Positions 1-9,311 of a stretch of DNA of 64,000 nt are shown here, piece by piece. The notes under the pieces are model-generated. The model searched no databases. It had not been told where the DNA came from and saw only the letters and a list, made by a program, of their open reading frames with translations. Each line of letters starts with the position of its first letter. Positions within the stretch are counted from its first letter, which is position 1. The position numbers were made by a program, and so were the translations under genes. This DNA is from Candidatus Daviesbacteria bacterium (lineage in GTDB: Bacteria > Patescibacteriota > Microgenomatia > Daviesbacterales > UBA10151): assembly GCA_028715175.1 (NCBI GenBank), contig JAQUSJ010000001.1:148356-212355 (forward strand). The letters are read 5' to 3'.

Positions 1-1
1 C

Positions 2-211
2 AGAGGCGGAGAGGGAAGACGGCCTTTTGGAGACAGACCCAGAAGTGGCGGGTTTGATAGACCAAGGTTTGGCGGAGGTGAAAGACGTCCGTTTGGCGGA
101 GAAAGACGAAGCAGTGGATTTAACAGAAGCGGGTCAGGTCGTAGCTCTGGTGGGTTTGATCGTGGAGGCGGTGGCAGGGATAGAGGCGGCCGAGGCGGAT
201 TTAACCGTTAA
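2..211 (+). CDS. 3' end of an upstream gene, entering from the left edge; RGG/FGG-repeat GC-rich tail (RGGEGRRPFGDRPRSGGFDRPRFGGGERRPFGG...GGRGGFNR*), reminiscent of DEAD-box RNA helicase or RNA-binding protein C-termini
   Basis: Translation of frame 2 is read directly and is open from position 2 to TAA at 209-211. RGG/FGG repeats resemble helicase tails, but no catalytic domain is in the window. Confidence 0.35.
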   Translation, partial: RGGEGRRPFGDRPRSGGFDRPRFGGGERRPFGGERRSSGFNRSGSGRSSGGFDRGGGGRDRGGRGGFNR

Positions 212-251
212 CTGTTTCATTAACATTGCCATTACGTTGTAGAATAGAAGC

Positions 252-1289
252 ATGGAAAGTTCTGCCCGAACTATAATTGAAGAATTAAGAATCAAGATTA
301 CTCAAGCTAATCTTCCAAACGAAATCGAAGAAAAGCTGATTAATCTCTTGAAATTCAGCGGTCTGTCAATCGGTGGAGGAATGGAACTTGCAAGTTTGGT
401 TTCTTATATTGATTTTGTAATTTCACTGCCTTTTGGGAAATTATCACAGGATATTTTAGATATAAGCAGGACCAGGCAAATTCTGGACAAAAATCACTTT
501 GGTTTACAGTCTGTTAAAGATCGGGTTTTAGAATATCTTTCGGTTTTGATTTTACATAAAACTTCCGGACAAACAAATGATTTCCATGCTCCGATTTTAG
601 CTCTTATTGGTTTGGTTGGTACAGGCAAAACTTCCCTTGCATATTCCATTGCCGAAGCTTTGGGAAGACCCTTGATGAGGATTCCTTTTGGCGGTTTGGG
701 AGACCCGGCCAGCTTGCGCGGTACATCCAGGATCCGTCCGGATGCTGAACCAGGTCAAATTATGAAAGCTATAAGATCAGCCAAGGTTTCAAATCCTGTT
801 ATAGTTTTGGATGAGATAGACCGGGTGGCGGAGGAGTACAAAGTAGATATTATGGGGGTTTTAGTAGAACTTCTTGATCCGGCGCAAAATCAGGCTTTTT
901 TGGATCATTATTTGGATTTTCCATATGATTTATCACAAGTTTTATTTATTGCGACTGCCAATAATACCGGAAATATTGCCACAGCAGTATTGGATAGACT
1001 TGAACCAATTACGATGCCTGCTTATTCAGATGAGGAAAAACTAACCATCGGACGGAATTACCTTTTACCGAAAGCGATTAAAGAAGCGGGATTGGATGAA
1101 AGGTTGCTTTCCATTGATGAGGCGGTGTGGCCGCAAATACTTCGTCCTCTTGGTTTTGATTCCGGGATTCGGTCGTTGTCCCGTTCTTTGCAGGCAATCT
1201 GCCGGAAAGTTGCCAGGAAAAAAGTAGAAGGGGAAACCGGACCGTTTAGAATCTCTCAGGAAAATTTAGGGGAGTTTTTATCAGGATGA
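252..1289 (+). CDS. Lon-type AAA+ ATPase module only (no N-terminal substrate domain, no S16 peptidase domain)
   Basis: Walker A GLVGTGKTS, Walker B VIVLDEIDR, sensor-1 FIATANN, Arg finger VLDRLEP and sensor-2 GIRSLSR are collinear with the Lon A-domain. The ORF ends where the Lon protease linker would begin. The stop overlaps the RNase J start (ATGA). Confidence 0.7.
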   Translation: MESSARTIIEELRIKITQANLPNEIEEKLINLLKFSGLSIGGGMELASLVSYIDFVISLPFGKLSQDILDISRTRQILDKNHFGLQSVKDRVLEYLSVLILHKTSGQTNDFHAPILALIGLVGTGKTSLAYSIAEALGRPLMRIPFGGLGDPASLRGTSRIRPDAEPGQIMKAIRSAKVSNPVIVLDEIDRVAEEYKVDIMGVLVELLDPAQNQAFLDHYLDFPYDLSQVLFIATANNTGNIATAVLDRLEPITMPAYSDEEKLTIGRNYLLPKAIKEAGLDERLLSIDEAVWPQILRPLGFDSGIRSLSRSLQAICRKVARKKVEGETGPFRISQENLGEFLSG

Positions 1290-2980
1290 AATCATTTAAA
1301 CCAAATTTTTTACCACAGGTAAACAGCAATCAAGCGCTAAGGATAATTCCTCTTGGTGGCGTTGGCGATGTCACCAAAAATATGTATGTTTATGAGTATG
1401 GTGAAGATATTATTATTGTTGATTGCGGAGTGGGTTTTCCGGATGAAGCTATGCCGGGAGTTGATTTGGTTATTCCGGATATTTCATACCTTAGGGATAA
1501 GGTTAATAAAATTAAAGGAATAATTATTACCCACGGGCACGAGGATCATATAGGCAGTTTACCTTATATTTGGCCAGAACTTCAGGCGCCTATTTATACT
1601 CAAAGACTGACAGCCGGTTTTATCAGGGCAAAATTCACCGAACATAATTTGCCAAAAAACAAGATTATCGAAGTTAAAATTGATCAAAAACTGGATTTGG
1701 GAAATTTTAAGATTTCTTTTTATCAAGTATCTCATTCCATACCCGATTCTACAGGGATAGTTATACAAACACCTCAGGGTAAAATTATTCATCAGGCAGA
1801 TTTTAAGATAGACTGGACTCCTGTATCTGGTCAGGTGACAGATGTAGGGAAAATTGCAGAGCTTGGCAGCGAGGGGGTATTAATGCTTCTTATAGATTGT
1901 TTAAGGGTTGAAAAGCCTGGTTTTAACAAATCGGAAAAATCTATTGAAGATACATTTGAAAAAGCTTGCCTTGAAACGTCGGGTAAAGTACTTATTACTA
2001 TGACTTCATCGAACGTTTCAAGAATGCAGCAAGCAATTAATGTAGCAGAAAAATTAGGCAGAAAGGTTGCAGTGGTGGGACGTTCATTTGAAAACAACTT
2101 CCAGGTAGCCAGAGACTTAGGGTATTTATTGGTCCCGCCGGGGATTATAATTGCTCCGGATAGCATTTCCTCCTTCGCCGAAAGTAAAGTTTTGATCCTA
2201 ATTGCCGGAGCGCAAGGACAGTCAGATTCTTCGCTTGCGAGGGCAGCGAACGAGGAGCACAGGCAAGTCAAACTTAAAGAAGGAGACAGCGTGATATTTT
2301 CTGCAGACCCGATTCCGTCAACAGAATCTGCCCAGAATGCATTAATTGATTCGCTGTCAAGATTAGGTTTAAACGTTTATTATTCTGCTGTACTTTCCGA
2401 TCTTCATGTTTCAGGTCATGCAGCACTTGAGGAACTTAAGTTGATGGTTAATTTAATCAAGCCAAAATTTATGTTTCCTATTGGAGGAACTTTTAGGCAC
2501 ATGGAAGCTTTTTCCAAAATGGCGGAGGAGATGGGATATGATAAAAAACAAGTCTTGAATGTTGAAGACGGAGATATTTTAGAGATTAGGGGTGAAGGTG
2601 TTAAACTTGCCGGTAAAGTTGATATACAAAATGTGTATGTGGACGGATTGGGGATTGGTGATATAGGACATGTGGTGTTGCGGGACAGACAGAAGATGAG
2701 CGAAGAAGGAGTGGTTGTGGTAGTGGTATCTGTCGATCAACATACCGGTAAGTCGGTATCTGATGTGGATATTCTCTCAAGAGGATTTGTTTTTGGGGAA
2801 ACAGCCGAAGGCATTCTGAATGAGGCAAAGGTAGTAGTTAAGAATGCTTTGCAAAAACATACTCATAAAACCGCCGATTGGCGTTTTATCAGAAGAATTA
2901 TTGAAGATTCATTAGATAAATTCTTATATCAGACAACAGAAAGGAGACCATTGATTCTATCAGTAGTGGTGGAAGTTTAA
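1286..2980 (+). CDS. rnj: Ribonuclease J (metallo-beta-lactamase/beta-CASP)
   Basis: IIPLGGVGDVTKNMYVYEY, HGHEDHIG metal motif and beta-CASP region; 564 aa. Confidence 0.9.
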   Translation: MKSFKPNFLPQVNSNQALRIIPLGGVGDVTKNMYVYEYGEDIIIVDCGVGFPDEAMPGVDLVIPDISYLRDKVNKIKGIIITHGHEDHIGSLPYIWPELQAPIYTQRLTAGFIRAKFTEHNLPKNKIIEVKIDQKLDLGNFKISFYQVSHSIPDSTGIVIQTPQGKIIHQADFKIDWTPVSGQVTDVGKIAELGSEGVLMLLIDCLRVEKPGFNKSEKSIEDTFEKACLETSGKVLITMTSSNVSRMQQAINVAEKLGRKVAVVGRSFENNFQVARDLGYLLVPPGIIIAPDSISSFAESKVLILIAGAQGQSDSSLARAANEEHRQVKLKEGDSVIFSADPIPSTESAQNALIDSLSRLGLNVYYSAVLSDLHVSGHAALEELKLMVNLIKPKFMFPIGGTFRHMEAFSKMAEEMGYDKKQVLNVEDGDILEIRGEGVKLAGKVDIQNVYVDGLGIGDIGHVVLRDRQKMSEEGVVVVVVSVDQHTGKSVSDVDILSRGFVFGETAEGILNEAKVVVKNALQKHTHKTADWRFIRRIIEDSLDKFLYQTTERRPLILSVVVEV

Positions 2981-3016
2981 CCCATAGTTTTATGGTATAA
3001 TTATTACATTCTTTAT

Positions 3017-5116
3017 ATGGCAAGAAGAAGATCAATCTATAAATTACCCAAGTTTAGGTTAAAACAGAAAACTATAACTGCTGTTGGTACCCTAATAGCT
3101 TTCAGCTTGAGCGTTTTATCAATTGTGGCACTTTTTACCCATTCTCAAACACTAGTATTTTGGAGAGATTTTCTAAATGAGTATTTAGGTGTAGCAAAAA
3201 TTGCCTCCCCAATCATTTTTTTGCTTTCCGGTTTGGTTCTGACAAAAGCCAAATGGAAAATAGCACAGACTAATGTTCTTTTGGGATTTATTTTACTGGT
3301 TTTATCCAGTGTTTCATTTGTTGCGGCGCTAAATTCTGAAAAAGCGGGTTCGATCGGGCAAACTTTGTGGATACAGCTGTCTTCTTTTGTCACTCCGCTT
3401 GGGGCAGCCACTTTGTTTGTGTTAGTTTTCCTGATTGGTTTGGTTGTACTTTTTAATACTTCCCTGCAGCAAATTTTTGCCGTTTTTGTTTATATTTTTA
3501 ATATCTTGCAAAGACTGTTTAAAGCAATTTTTAACAATCAGCGGACATTTGAAGCAAAACATATTCCGATTAAAGTTTCCGGGGTTGACGAACGCCCCGT
3601 CACAAAACCGCTGGCAATGCAGCAAAAAGAGGCCGTTATTGCTGATGTATTGGTACAAAATGTGGCCGGGCAAAGTAAAATCTGGAAATATCCACCTTTA
3701 AATTTATTATCTGATAAAGTGGGATCGGCCGCTGAAAGAGGTAATGTTAAAGATAATGCTAATATTATCGAAAAAACGCTAGATTCATTTGGGATTCAGG
3801 CAAATGTGGCAGAAGTCAACGGCGGGCCGGCAGTAACACAATATGCGCTGCGGATTTCAGCAGGAACCAAAATTTCGAAGATTGCCAATTTACAGCATGA
3901 TATTGCGCTGTCTCTGGCTACGCCTACCGGTACTGTCAGAATTGAGGCGCCTATTCCCGGAAAATCCCTGGTTGGTATTGAGGTACCAAACCGCTCTCTT
4001 GAGATAGTCGGCTTGAAACAAATTTTAGCATCAGAAGAGATGCAGAAGCATAAATCAAGACTGGCTGTTGCACTGGGACGGGATACTTCTTCAAAGCCAA
4101 TGATTGTAGATATAGATAAGATGCCTCACGTTCTGATTGCCGGTACAACCGGTTCAGGTAAATCGGTGTTAATTAATGCAGTTATTGCTTCCTTGCTTTT
4201 CAGGAATTCACCGGACACCTTGAAGATGATTTTGATTGATCCAAAAAGGGTAGAACTGACAAACTACAATGGTATTCCTCATCTTCTAACACCGGTTATT
4301 ACGGAACCGGAAAAGATTTTATCTTCCTTGAAGTGGGCAATGGCCGAAATGGATAGACGCTATAAATTATTCCAGTCAGTCGGAGTGCGTAATATCACGG
4401 GTTATAATGAAATGTCCGGTTTTCAGGCCCTGCCGTATATTGTCATTATTGTTGACGAGTTGGCCGATCTTATGATGTTTGCGCCGGTTGAGATTGAGGA
4501 TGCAATTACCAGGATTGCCCAACTAGCTAGGGCAACAGGAATTCATCTGGTGGTGGCAACCCAGCGGCCTTCTGTTGACGTTATTACAGGTTTAATCAAA
4601 GCCAATATCCCCTGCCGGATTGCATTTAACGTATCTTCCATGATTGACTCCCGGGTTATTTTAGACGGACCCGGGGCGGAGAAATTGCTGGGACGGGGAG
4701 ATATGTTGTTTTTGCCTCCGGATGCTTCAAAACCGATTCGTATTCAAGGAGTGTTTGTTCAGGATAATGAGATCGAGAGTTTGATTAAATATCTTAAGAA
4801 TACCGGCATTGCGCCGGAATATACTACAGAGGTAACGGAGATGCCGCTGGGCAGGTGGGGCGGAAGAAATGGTAATGGAGGCGAAAAAGACCAGTTATTT
4901 GAGGAGGCAGTTAAAACTATTTGCCAATATGATCGGGCTTCGGCATCGCTGCTTCAAAGAAGGCTTAAGGTCGGTTATGCCAGAGCTGCCAGGATTTTAG
5001 ATGAGCTGGAGGCAGCAGGGATTGTTGGCCCGGGTGAAGGTTCAAAGCCCAGGGATGTGCTGGTCCGTAATGCTGAGGAATATTTTGCAGCTCAACAAAG
5101 TGCGAGCGGAAATTAA
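3017..5116 (+). CDS. ftsK: DNA translocase FtsK/SpoIIIE
   Basis: N-terminal TM helices, Walker A AGTTGSGKS, motor domain, C-terminal gamma winged helix (LLQRRLKVGYARAARILDELE). Confidence 0.9.
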   Translation: MARRRSIYKLPKFRLKQKTITAVGTLIAFSLSVLSIVALFTHSQTLVFWRDFLNEYLGVAKIASPIIFLLSGLVLTKAKWKIAQTNVLLGFILLVLSSVSFVAALNSEKAGSIGQTLWIQLSSFVTPLGAATLFVLVFLIGLVVLFNTSLQQIFAVFVYIFNILQRLFKAIFNNQRTFEAKHIPIKVSGVDERPVTKPLAMQQKEAVIADVLVQNVAGQSKIWKYPPLNLLSDKVGSAAERGNVKDNANIIEKTLDSFGIQANVAEVNGGPAVTQYALRISAGTKISKIANLQHDIALSLATPTGTVRIEAPIPGKSLVGIEVPNRSLEIVGLKQILASEEMQKHKSRLAVALGRDTSSKPMIVDIDKMPHVLIAGTTGSGKSVLINAVIASLLFRNSPDTLKMILIDPKRVELTNYNGIPHLLTPVITEPEKILSSLKWAMAEMDRRYKLFQSVGVRNITGYNEMSGFQALPYIVIIVDELADLMMFAPVEIEDAITRIAQLARATGIHLVVATQRPSVDVITGLIKANIPCRIAFNVSSMIDSRVILDGPGAEKLLGRGDMLFLPPDASKPIRIQGVFVQDNEIESLIKYLKNTGIAPEYTTEVTEMPLGRWGGRNGNGGEKDQLFEEAVKTICQYDRASASLLQRRLKVGYARAARILDELEAAGIVGPGEGSKPRDVLVRNAEEYFAAQQSASGN

Positions 5117-5288
5117 ATTCAGTATTTAAAAATCAATTTATTCACGATCGTGAACATTTTGAATCCTTAACCATTAACTTCCTTAACTATTAACTTTAGA
5201 ATACTGAGGTGTAACTACAATTTCACCCCCGAGGTGGAAGCATGGAAGCAGGAATAATGGCAGATTATGAATTTGGTACAATTGAGCA

Positions 5289-5876
5289 ATGAAATCTCAA
5301 AATCTAACCTTCAAAGAAACAGATCAGATTATAAAACTTTTAAAATCTGGCAAAGTTGGCGTGATGCCGACGGATACTATTTATGGAATTGTCGGGTTGG
5401 CGCTTAACCCAAAAACTGTTGAGGAAATTTATTCTTTGCGGAAGAGAACGACCGATAAGCCAATGATCATATTGATTTCCTCGATAGAAGATTTGAGAAA
5501 ATTTGATATAAAGATCACAAAAGCGCAAACTGATTTTTTAAAAAAGATTTGGCCCAATCCGGTCAGTGTGATTTTGCCATGCCTCCAAGATAAATTTTCT
5601 TATCTTCATAGAGATAAAAAGAGTTTGGCATTTAGGATACCAAAAAACGAAATACTACAGGGAATTTTAAAAAAAGTCGGTCCTTTAGTTGCACCTAGTA
5701 CAAACTTTGAAGATAGTAAACCAGCCGAAACTATTCATAAGGCAAAACAATATTTTGGGGATAAGGTATCTTTTTATGTAGACGGAGGAAAATTAAAGTC
5801 TAAACCTTCGACAATCGTTAGACTATACAAGGATGGCACGCGGATAGTTTTAAGAGAAGGTACTTACAGGGTATAA
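5289..5876 (+). CDS. tsaC: L-threonylcarbamoyladenylate synthase TsaC/YrdC family
   Basis: PTDTIYGIVG...KPMIILI YrdC/Sua5 signature. Confidence 0.8.
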   Translation: MKSQNLTFKETDQIIKLLKSGKVGVMPTDTIYGIVGLALNPKTVEEIYSLRKRTTDKPMIILISSIEDLRKFDIKITKAQTDFLKKIWPNPVSVILPCLQDKFSYLHRDKKSLAFRIPKNEILQGILKKVGPLVAPSTNFEDSKPAETIHKAKQYFGDKVSFYVDGGKLKSKPSTIVRLYKDGTRIVLREGTYRV

Positions 5877-5886
5877 TATCGGTTAC

Positions 5887-6525
5887 ATGAGAACTGCTGG
5901 ACAGATTTTAAAAGAAGAAAGAGAAAGAAAATTTTATACTCTGGACGAGATTGAGAAAGCTACAAAGATTAGAAAAGAACTGTTAGAGGCGTTAGAAGCA
6001 GGTCAGTATTCAAAACTTCCTCCGCAAACTTTTGTTCAGGGTTTTATTAAAAATTACGGTAAATTCCTGGGACTTAGTCAGGATAAATTATTGGCAATAT
6101 ATAGGAGAGAGTTTTCTGAATCGAAACATCCTCCCCGGATTTTGGATTCATTTAAAGAGCCTATTGAAAAGAAAAAATTTAAGCTTACACCGGCAAGAGC
6201 TTTGGGAAGCGTGGTTTTAGGTCTTATTATTATTTTTTTTGTCTATCTTTGGATCCAATATAGATTTTTGGTAGGAGGACCATTTTTGGAGGTAAGCCAA
6301 CCGGTTAACCAGTTTAATACAACTTCTCCGGCAGTGCAGGTTACGGGTAGAACGGATCCGGAGGCGAAAGTAAGCATTAACAATCAAGAAGTTGGGGTAG
6401 ATACCTCCGGAAGATTCTCGCAAGAGATTAAGCTGACTGATAATATAAGCAATATAGAAATTAGCGCTAAATCAAAAAGCGGCCAAGTCACAAAAATCGA
6501 AAGAACGGTTTTTTTGAAAAAATGA
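5887..6525 (+). CDS. RodZ-like HTH (XRE-type) membrane protein
   Basis: N-terminal HTH as in the RodZ family (TLDEIEKATKIRKELLEALEAG...FVQGFIKNY) followed by a TM helix. Confidence 0.55.
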   Translation: MRTAGQILKEERERKFYTLDEIEKATKIRKELLEALEAGQYSKLPPQTFVQGFIKNYGKFLGLSQDKLLAIYRREFSESKHPPRILDSFKEPIEKKKFKLTPARALGSVVLGLIIIFFVYLWIQYRFLVGGPFLEVSQPVNQFNTTSPAVQVTGRTDPEAKVSINNQEVGVDTSGRFSQEIKLTDNISNIEISAKSKSGQVTKIERTVFLKK

Positions 6526-6624
6526 CCCCGATTTATTGTGGGTTATCCTGAGCAATTAGCGACCGCGTGCCGCCATAGCTTTAGCGGTGGCGCAAGGATC
6601 TATTATTATGTTAAACTTAAGCTC

Positions 6625-6915
6625 ATGGATTATTTACAAATTGCTTTAATTTTTTTGATTTTGCTACTGTCCATTTTCCTGGCCATTACCGGTATTCAGG
6701 TATTTTTTATTTTACGGGATCTGAAGAAAGCTCTGGATAAATTTAATGCAATTTTGCAAACAGGTGAGGACTTGGCGGAAGATATTGAAAGGCCGATGGC
6801 AGCTGCCAGCAGTCTGGCAACTAGCACAGGAGCAGCGGTTGTTTCAGGTGCAGCTAAGGTGCTGGAAAAAATCATCAAACCCAAACCAAAAAGATTTTAC
6901 AAAAAGGTTCTTTAA
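6625..6915 (+). CDS. Small membrane protein, DUF948-like (start moved to the internal ATG at 6625)
   Basis: TM helix ALIFLILLLSIFLAITGIQVFFIL followed by a coiled/Ala-rich tail. The upstream part of the listed ORF lacks coding character. Confidence 0.4.
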   Translation: MDYLQIALIFLILLLSIFLAITGIQVFFILRDLKKALDKFNAILQTGEDLAEDIERPMAAASSLATSTGAAVVSGAAKVLEKIIKPKPKRFYKKVL

Positions 6916-6919
6916 TATT

Positions 6920-7141
6920 TTATATAAATTTTTCCAGCTCTTTTCTGGTCATGCCAGCCTGCTTAAGGATGCTAGTGAATGTACCAATAGCTATTTCTTT
7001 ATGATTTGGAACAATGACAGTAAAATGCTTATTTCCTTGTCTTTTAAAGAGTTTAATATGGCTTCCTCTTTGACTGATAACGCAAAATCCTGCCCTTTGC
7101 AAGGCTGAAAGTATGATGCGGGCAGAGTATAGCTTAGGCAT
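6920..7141 (-). CDS. hicA: Type II toxin HicA (mRNA interferase, YcfA-like)
   Basis: 73 aa. The motif GSHIKLFKRQGNKHFTVIVPNHKEIAIGTFTSILKQAGMT matches HicA family topology. Confidence 0.8.
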   Translation of the reverse strand: MPKLYSARIILSALQRAGFCVISQRGSHIKLFKRQGNKHFTVIVPNHKEIAIGTFTSILKQAGMTRKELEKFI

Positions 7142-7349
7142 TAATTTGGATGGATAAATCCTGAAGTCTTGGTTTACTTACTGGTGTTAGTTCAATATTA
7201 GATTGGTCTTCAAAGTATAATTCAAGAGCCTCTTTTAAATTGTCCAAAGCTTCTGTGTGGGTTTTGCCTTGACTAGTTACTTCTATCTCTAGAGCTTTGG
7301 CAACATACCATTTATCTTCTTTCCATACTACAGAATGAATTCTTTTCAT
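7134..7349 (-). CDS. hicB: Antitoxin HicB (UPF0150)
   Basis: Start moved to the internal Met (MKRIHSVVWKEDKWYVAKALEIEVTSQGKTHTEALDNLKEALELYFED). Overlaps hicA by 8 nt. Confidence 0.7.
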   Translation of the reverse strand: MKRIHSVVWKEDKWYVAKALEIEVTSQGKTHTEALDNLKEALELYFEDQSNIELTPVSKPRLQDLSIQINA

Positions 7350-7421
7350 AGGTGTATTATACCATTTACTTGATAGAGGTTTATGCTTCGTTTGGAGGAT
7401 AATAAGTGTTAAAATACCAAC

Positions 7422-9305
7422 ATGACATCTCAAGAATTAAGAGCAAAATTTTTAAAATTTTTTGAAAAGAATGATCACAAAATTATTCCTTCTGCCTCTT
7501 TGGTACCCTCGGAAGAAGAACAGCTTGAGGGTAAGGAAAAAGTTTTATTTACCAGCGCCGGAATGCAACCCTTGATCCCCTATCTTATAGGACAAAAAGA
7601 GCCTCCTAGTAAAAGATTGGCCAATGTCCAAAAGTGCTTAAGGACAGACGATATTGAAAAAGTGGGAGATGCAGTTCATCATACTTTTTTTGAGATGTTA
7701 GGTAATTGGTCCATAGGTGATTATTGGAAAGAAGAAGCAATCAGATTGTCTTTTGAATTTCTAACACAAGAATTAGGAATACCTATAGAAAAACTTGCTA
7801 TTTCTGTTTTCGCTGGTGATGAGGATGCGCCAAAAGACGAGGAGTCGGCTCAAATATGGAAGAGTTTAGGGATTTCTGAGAAAAGAATATTTTACTTTGG
7901 TAAAAATCATAATTGGTGGCCTACAGGTGAAAAATCAGGTCTGTGCGGTCCTGATACAGAAATGTTTTATTGGATAGGTGGTGGTAAACCAGAAGGTAAA
8001 CCTAATGAAGATTCACGATGGGTGGAAATTTGGAATGATGTTTTCATGCAGTTTAATAGAAAAGAAGACGGTACTTTAGAAGATTTGCCTCAAAAAAATG
8101 TGGATACAGGAATGGGTTTAGAAAGAATACTGGCTGTATTAAATGGAAAAGAAAGCGACTATGAAACAGATTTATTTTTACCAATTATAAAGGTAGCGGA
8201 AGAACAACTATTAATAAAATTTAAATATGGAGAGGACAAACGAGTAGATCGCGCTTTTAAAATAATAGCTGATCATATAAAGGCAGTAGTTTTTTTGATT
8301 AATGAAGATATAGAACCTAGCAATAAAGATCGAGGATATATCTTAAGAAGATTGATAAGGCGAACGCTGACGCAAAACCATTTATGGGGTGATATAAATT
8401 CTTCTATATCGTTGTTAGTCAATAGTGTCATTGAGATTTATAAGAATAAATATAGTGATCTTGCCAGGAATACTCAACACATAAAAGATGTTATCAAACA
8501 AGAAGAAATAGGTGCGAATAAAGCAGTGAATGCTGCAATGACTGTGTGGAGAAAGTGGGTTGAAGAAGAACATAGAGGAGGTTTTGGAAGTCAGCCATTT
8601 GGAACGGCGACTTTTGGTTCTGGTGGGTACCTTCCTCCTGTATCGGCAGAAAAGATGTTTGATCTTTATCAATCATATGGATTACATCCTGAAATCATGG
8701 AAGAAATTACTCAAGGACAATTTGATAGGACAGGTTTCGACAAGCTATTTTTTGAACATCAAAAAAGATCTAGAGCTGGATTAATACAAAAATTCGCTGG
8801 GGGATTAGCAGGACATTCAGAGACGGAGATCAAATATCACACTGCCACTCATCTTTTGCATCAGGCCTTGCGGGATGTTTTGGGGCCGGAGGTTTTTCAA
8901 AAAGGTTCCAATATCACAGCTGAAAGGCTCAGATTTGATTTTTCCTATCCAGAGAAATTAACAGATGAACAAATTAAAAAAGTTGAAGATTTAGTTAACC
9001 AAAAAATAGCAGAAGATTTGGAAGTTACATCAGAAGTAATGAGTAAAGAAGAAGCATTAAAATCCGGAGCTTTGGGATTTTTCAATGAGAAATACGGGGA
9101 CAAGGTTAAAGTTTACACAATAGGTAGCCCTTCGACCTTTCGGCCTCGCTCAGGGCTGGCAAGCTCAAAATCTCCCTTTTCAAGGGAGATTTGCGGTGGG
9201 CCGCATGTTGAGCGTACCGGAGTAATAGGAAAAATTCAGATAATAAAAGAAGAAGCAGTATCTTCCGGCATACGTCGAATTAGGGCGGAAATTGTGTTAA
9301 GATAA
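7422..9305 (+). CDS. alaS: Alanine--tRNA ligase, short form (catalytic, tRNA-binding and editing domains; no C-Ala domain)
   Basis: N-terminal class II AlaRS motifs. Editing-domain metal motifs HTATHLLHQAL and CGGPHV. 627 aa. Confidence 0.9.
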   Translation: MTSQELRAKFLKFFEKNDHKIIPSASLVPSEEEQLEGKEKVLFTSAGMQPLIPYLIGQKEPPSKRLANVQKCLRTDDIEKVGDAVHHTFFEMLGNWSIGDYWKEEAIRLSFEFLTQELGIPIEKLAISVFAGDEDAPKDEESAQIWKSLGISEKRIFYFGKNHNWWPTGEKSGLCGPDTEMFYWIGGGKPEGKPNEDSRWVEIWNDVFMQFNRKEDGTLEDLPQKNVDTGMGLERILAVLNGKESDYETDLFLPIIKVAEEQLLIKFKYGEDKRVDRAFKIIADHIKAVVFLINEDIEPSNKDRGYILRRLIRRTLTQNHLWGDINSSISLLVNSVIEIYKNKYSDLARNTQHIKDVIKQEEIGANKAVNAAMTVWRKWVEEEHRGGFGSQPFGTATFGSGGYLPPVSAEKMFDLYQSYGLHPEIMEEITQGQFDRTGFDKLFFEHQKRSRAGLIQKFAGGLAGHSETEIKYHTATHLLHQALRDVLGPEVFQKGSNITAERLRFDFSYPEKLTDEQIKKVEDLVNQKIAEDLEVTSEVMSKEEALKSGALGFFNEKYGDKVKVYTIGSPSTFRPRSGLASSKSPFSREICGGPHVERTGVIGKIQIIKEEAVSSGIRRIRAEIVLR

Positions 9306-9311
9306 TTTAAA

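Noticed and set aside
1559-2271. Minus-strand ORFs (77 and 146 aa) inside rnj
   Set aside because: They fully overlap a strongly supported RNase J gene on the opposite strand, and have low-complexity translations and no start context.
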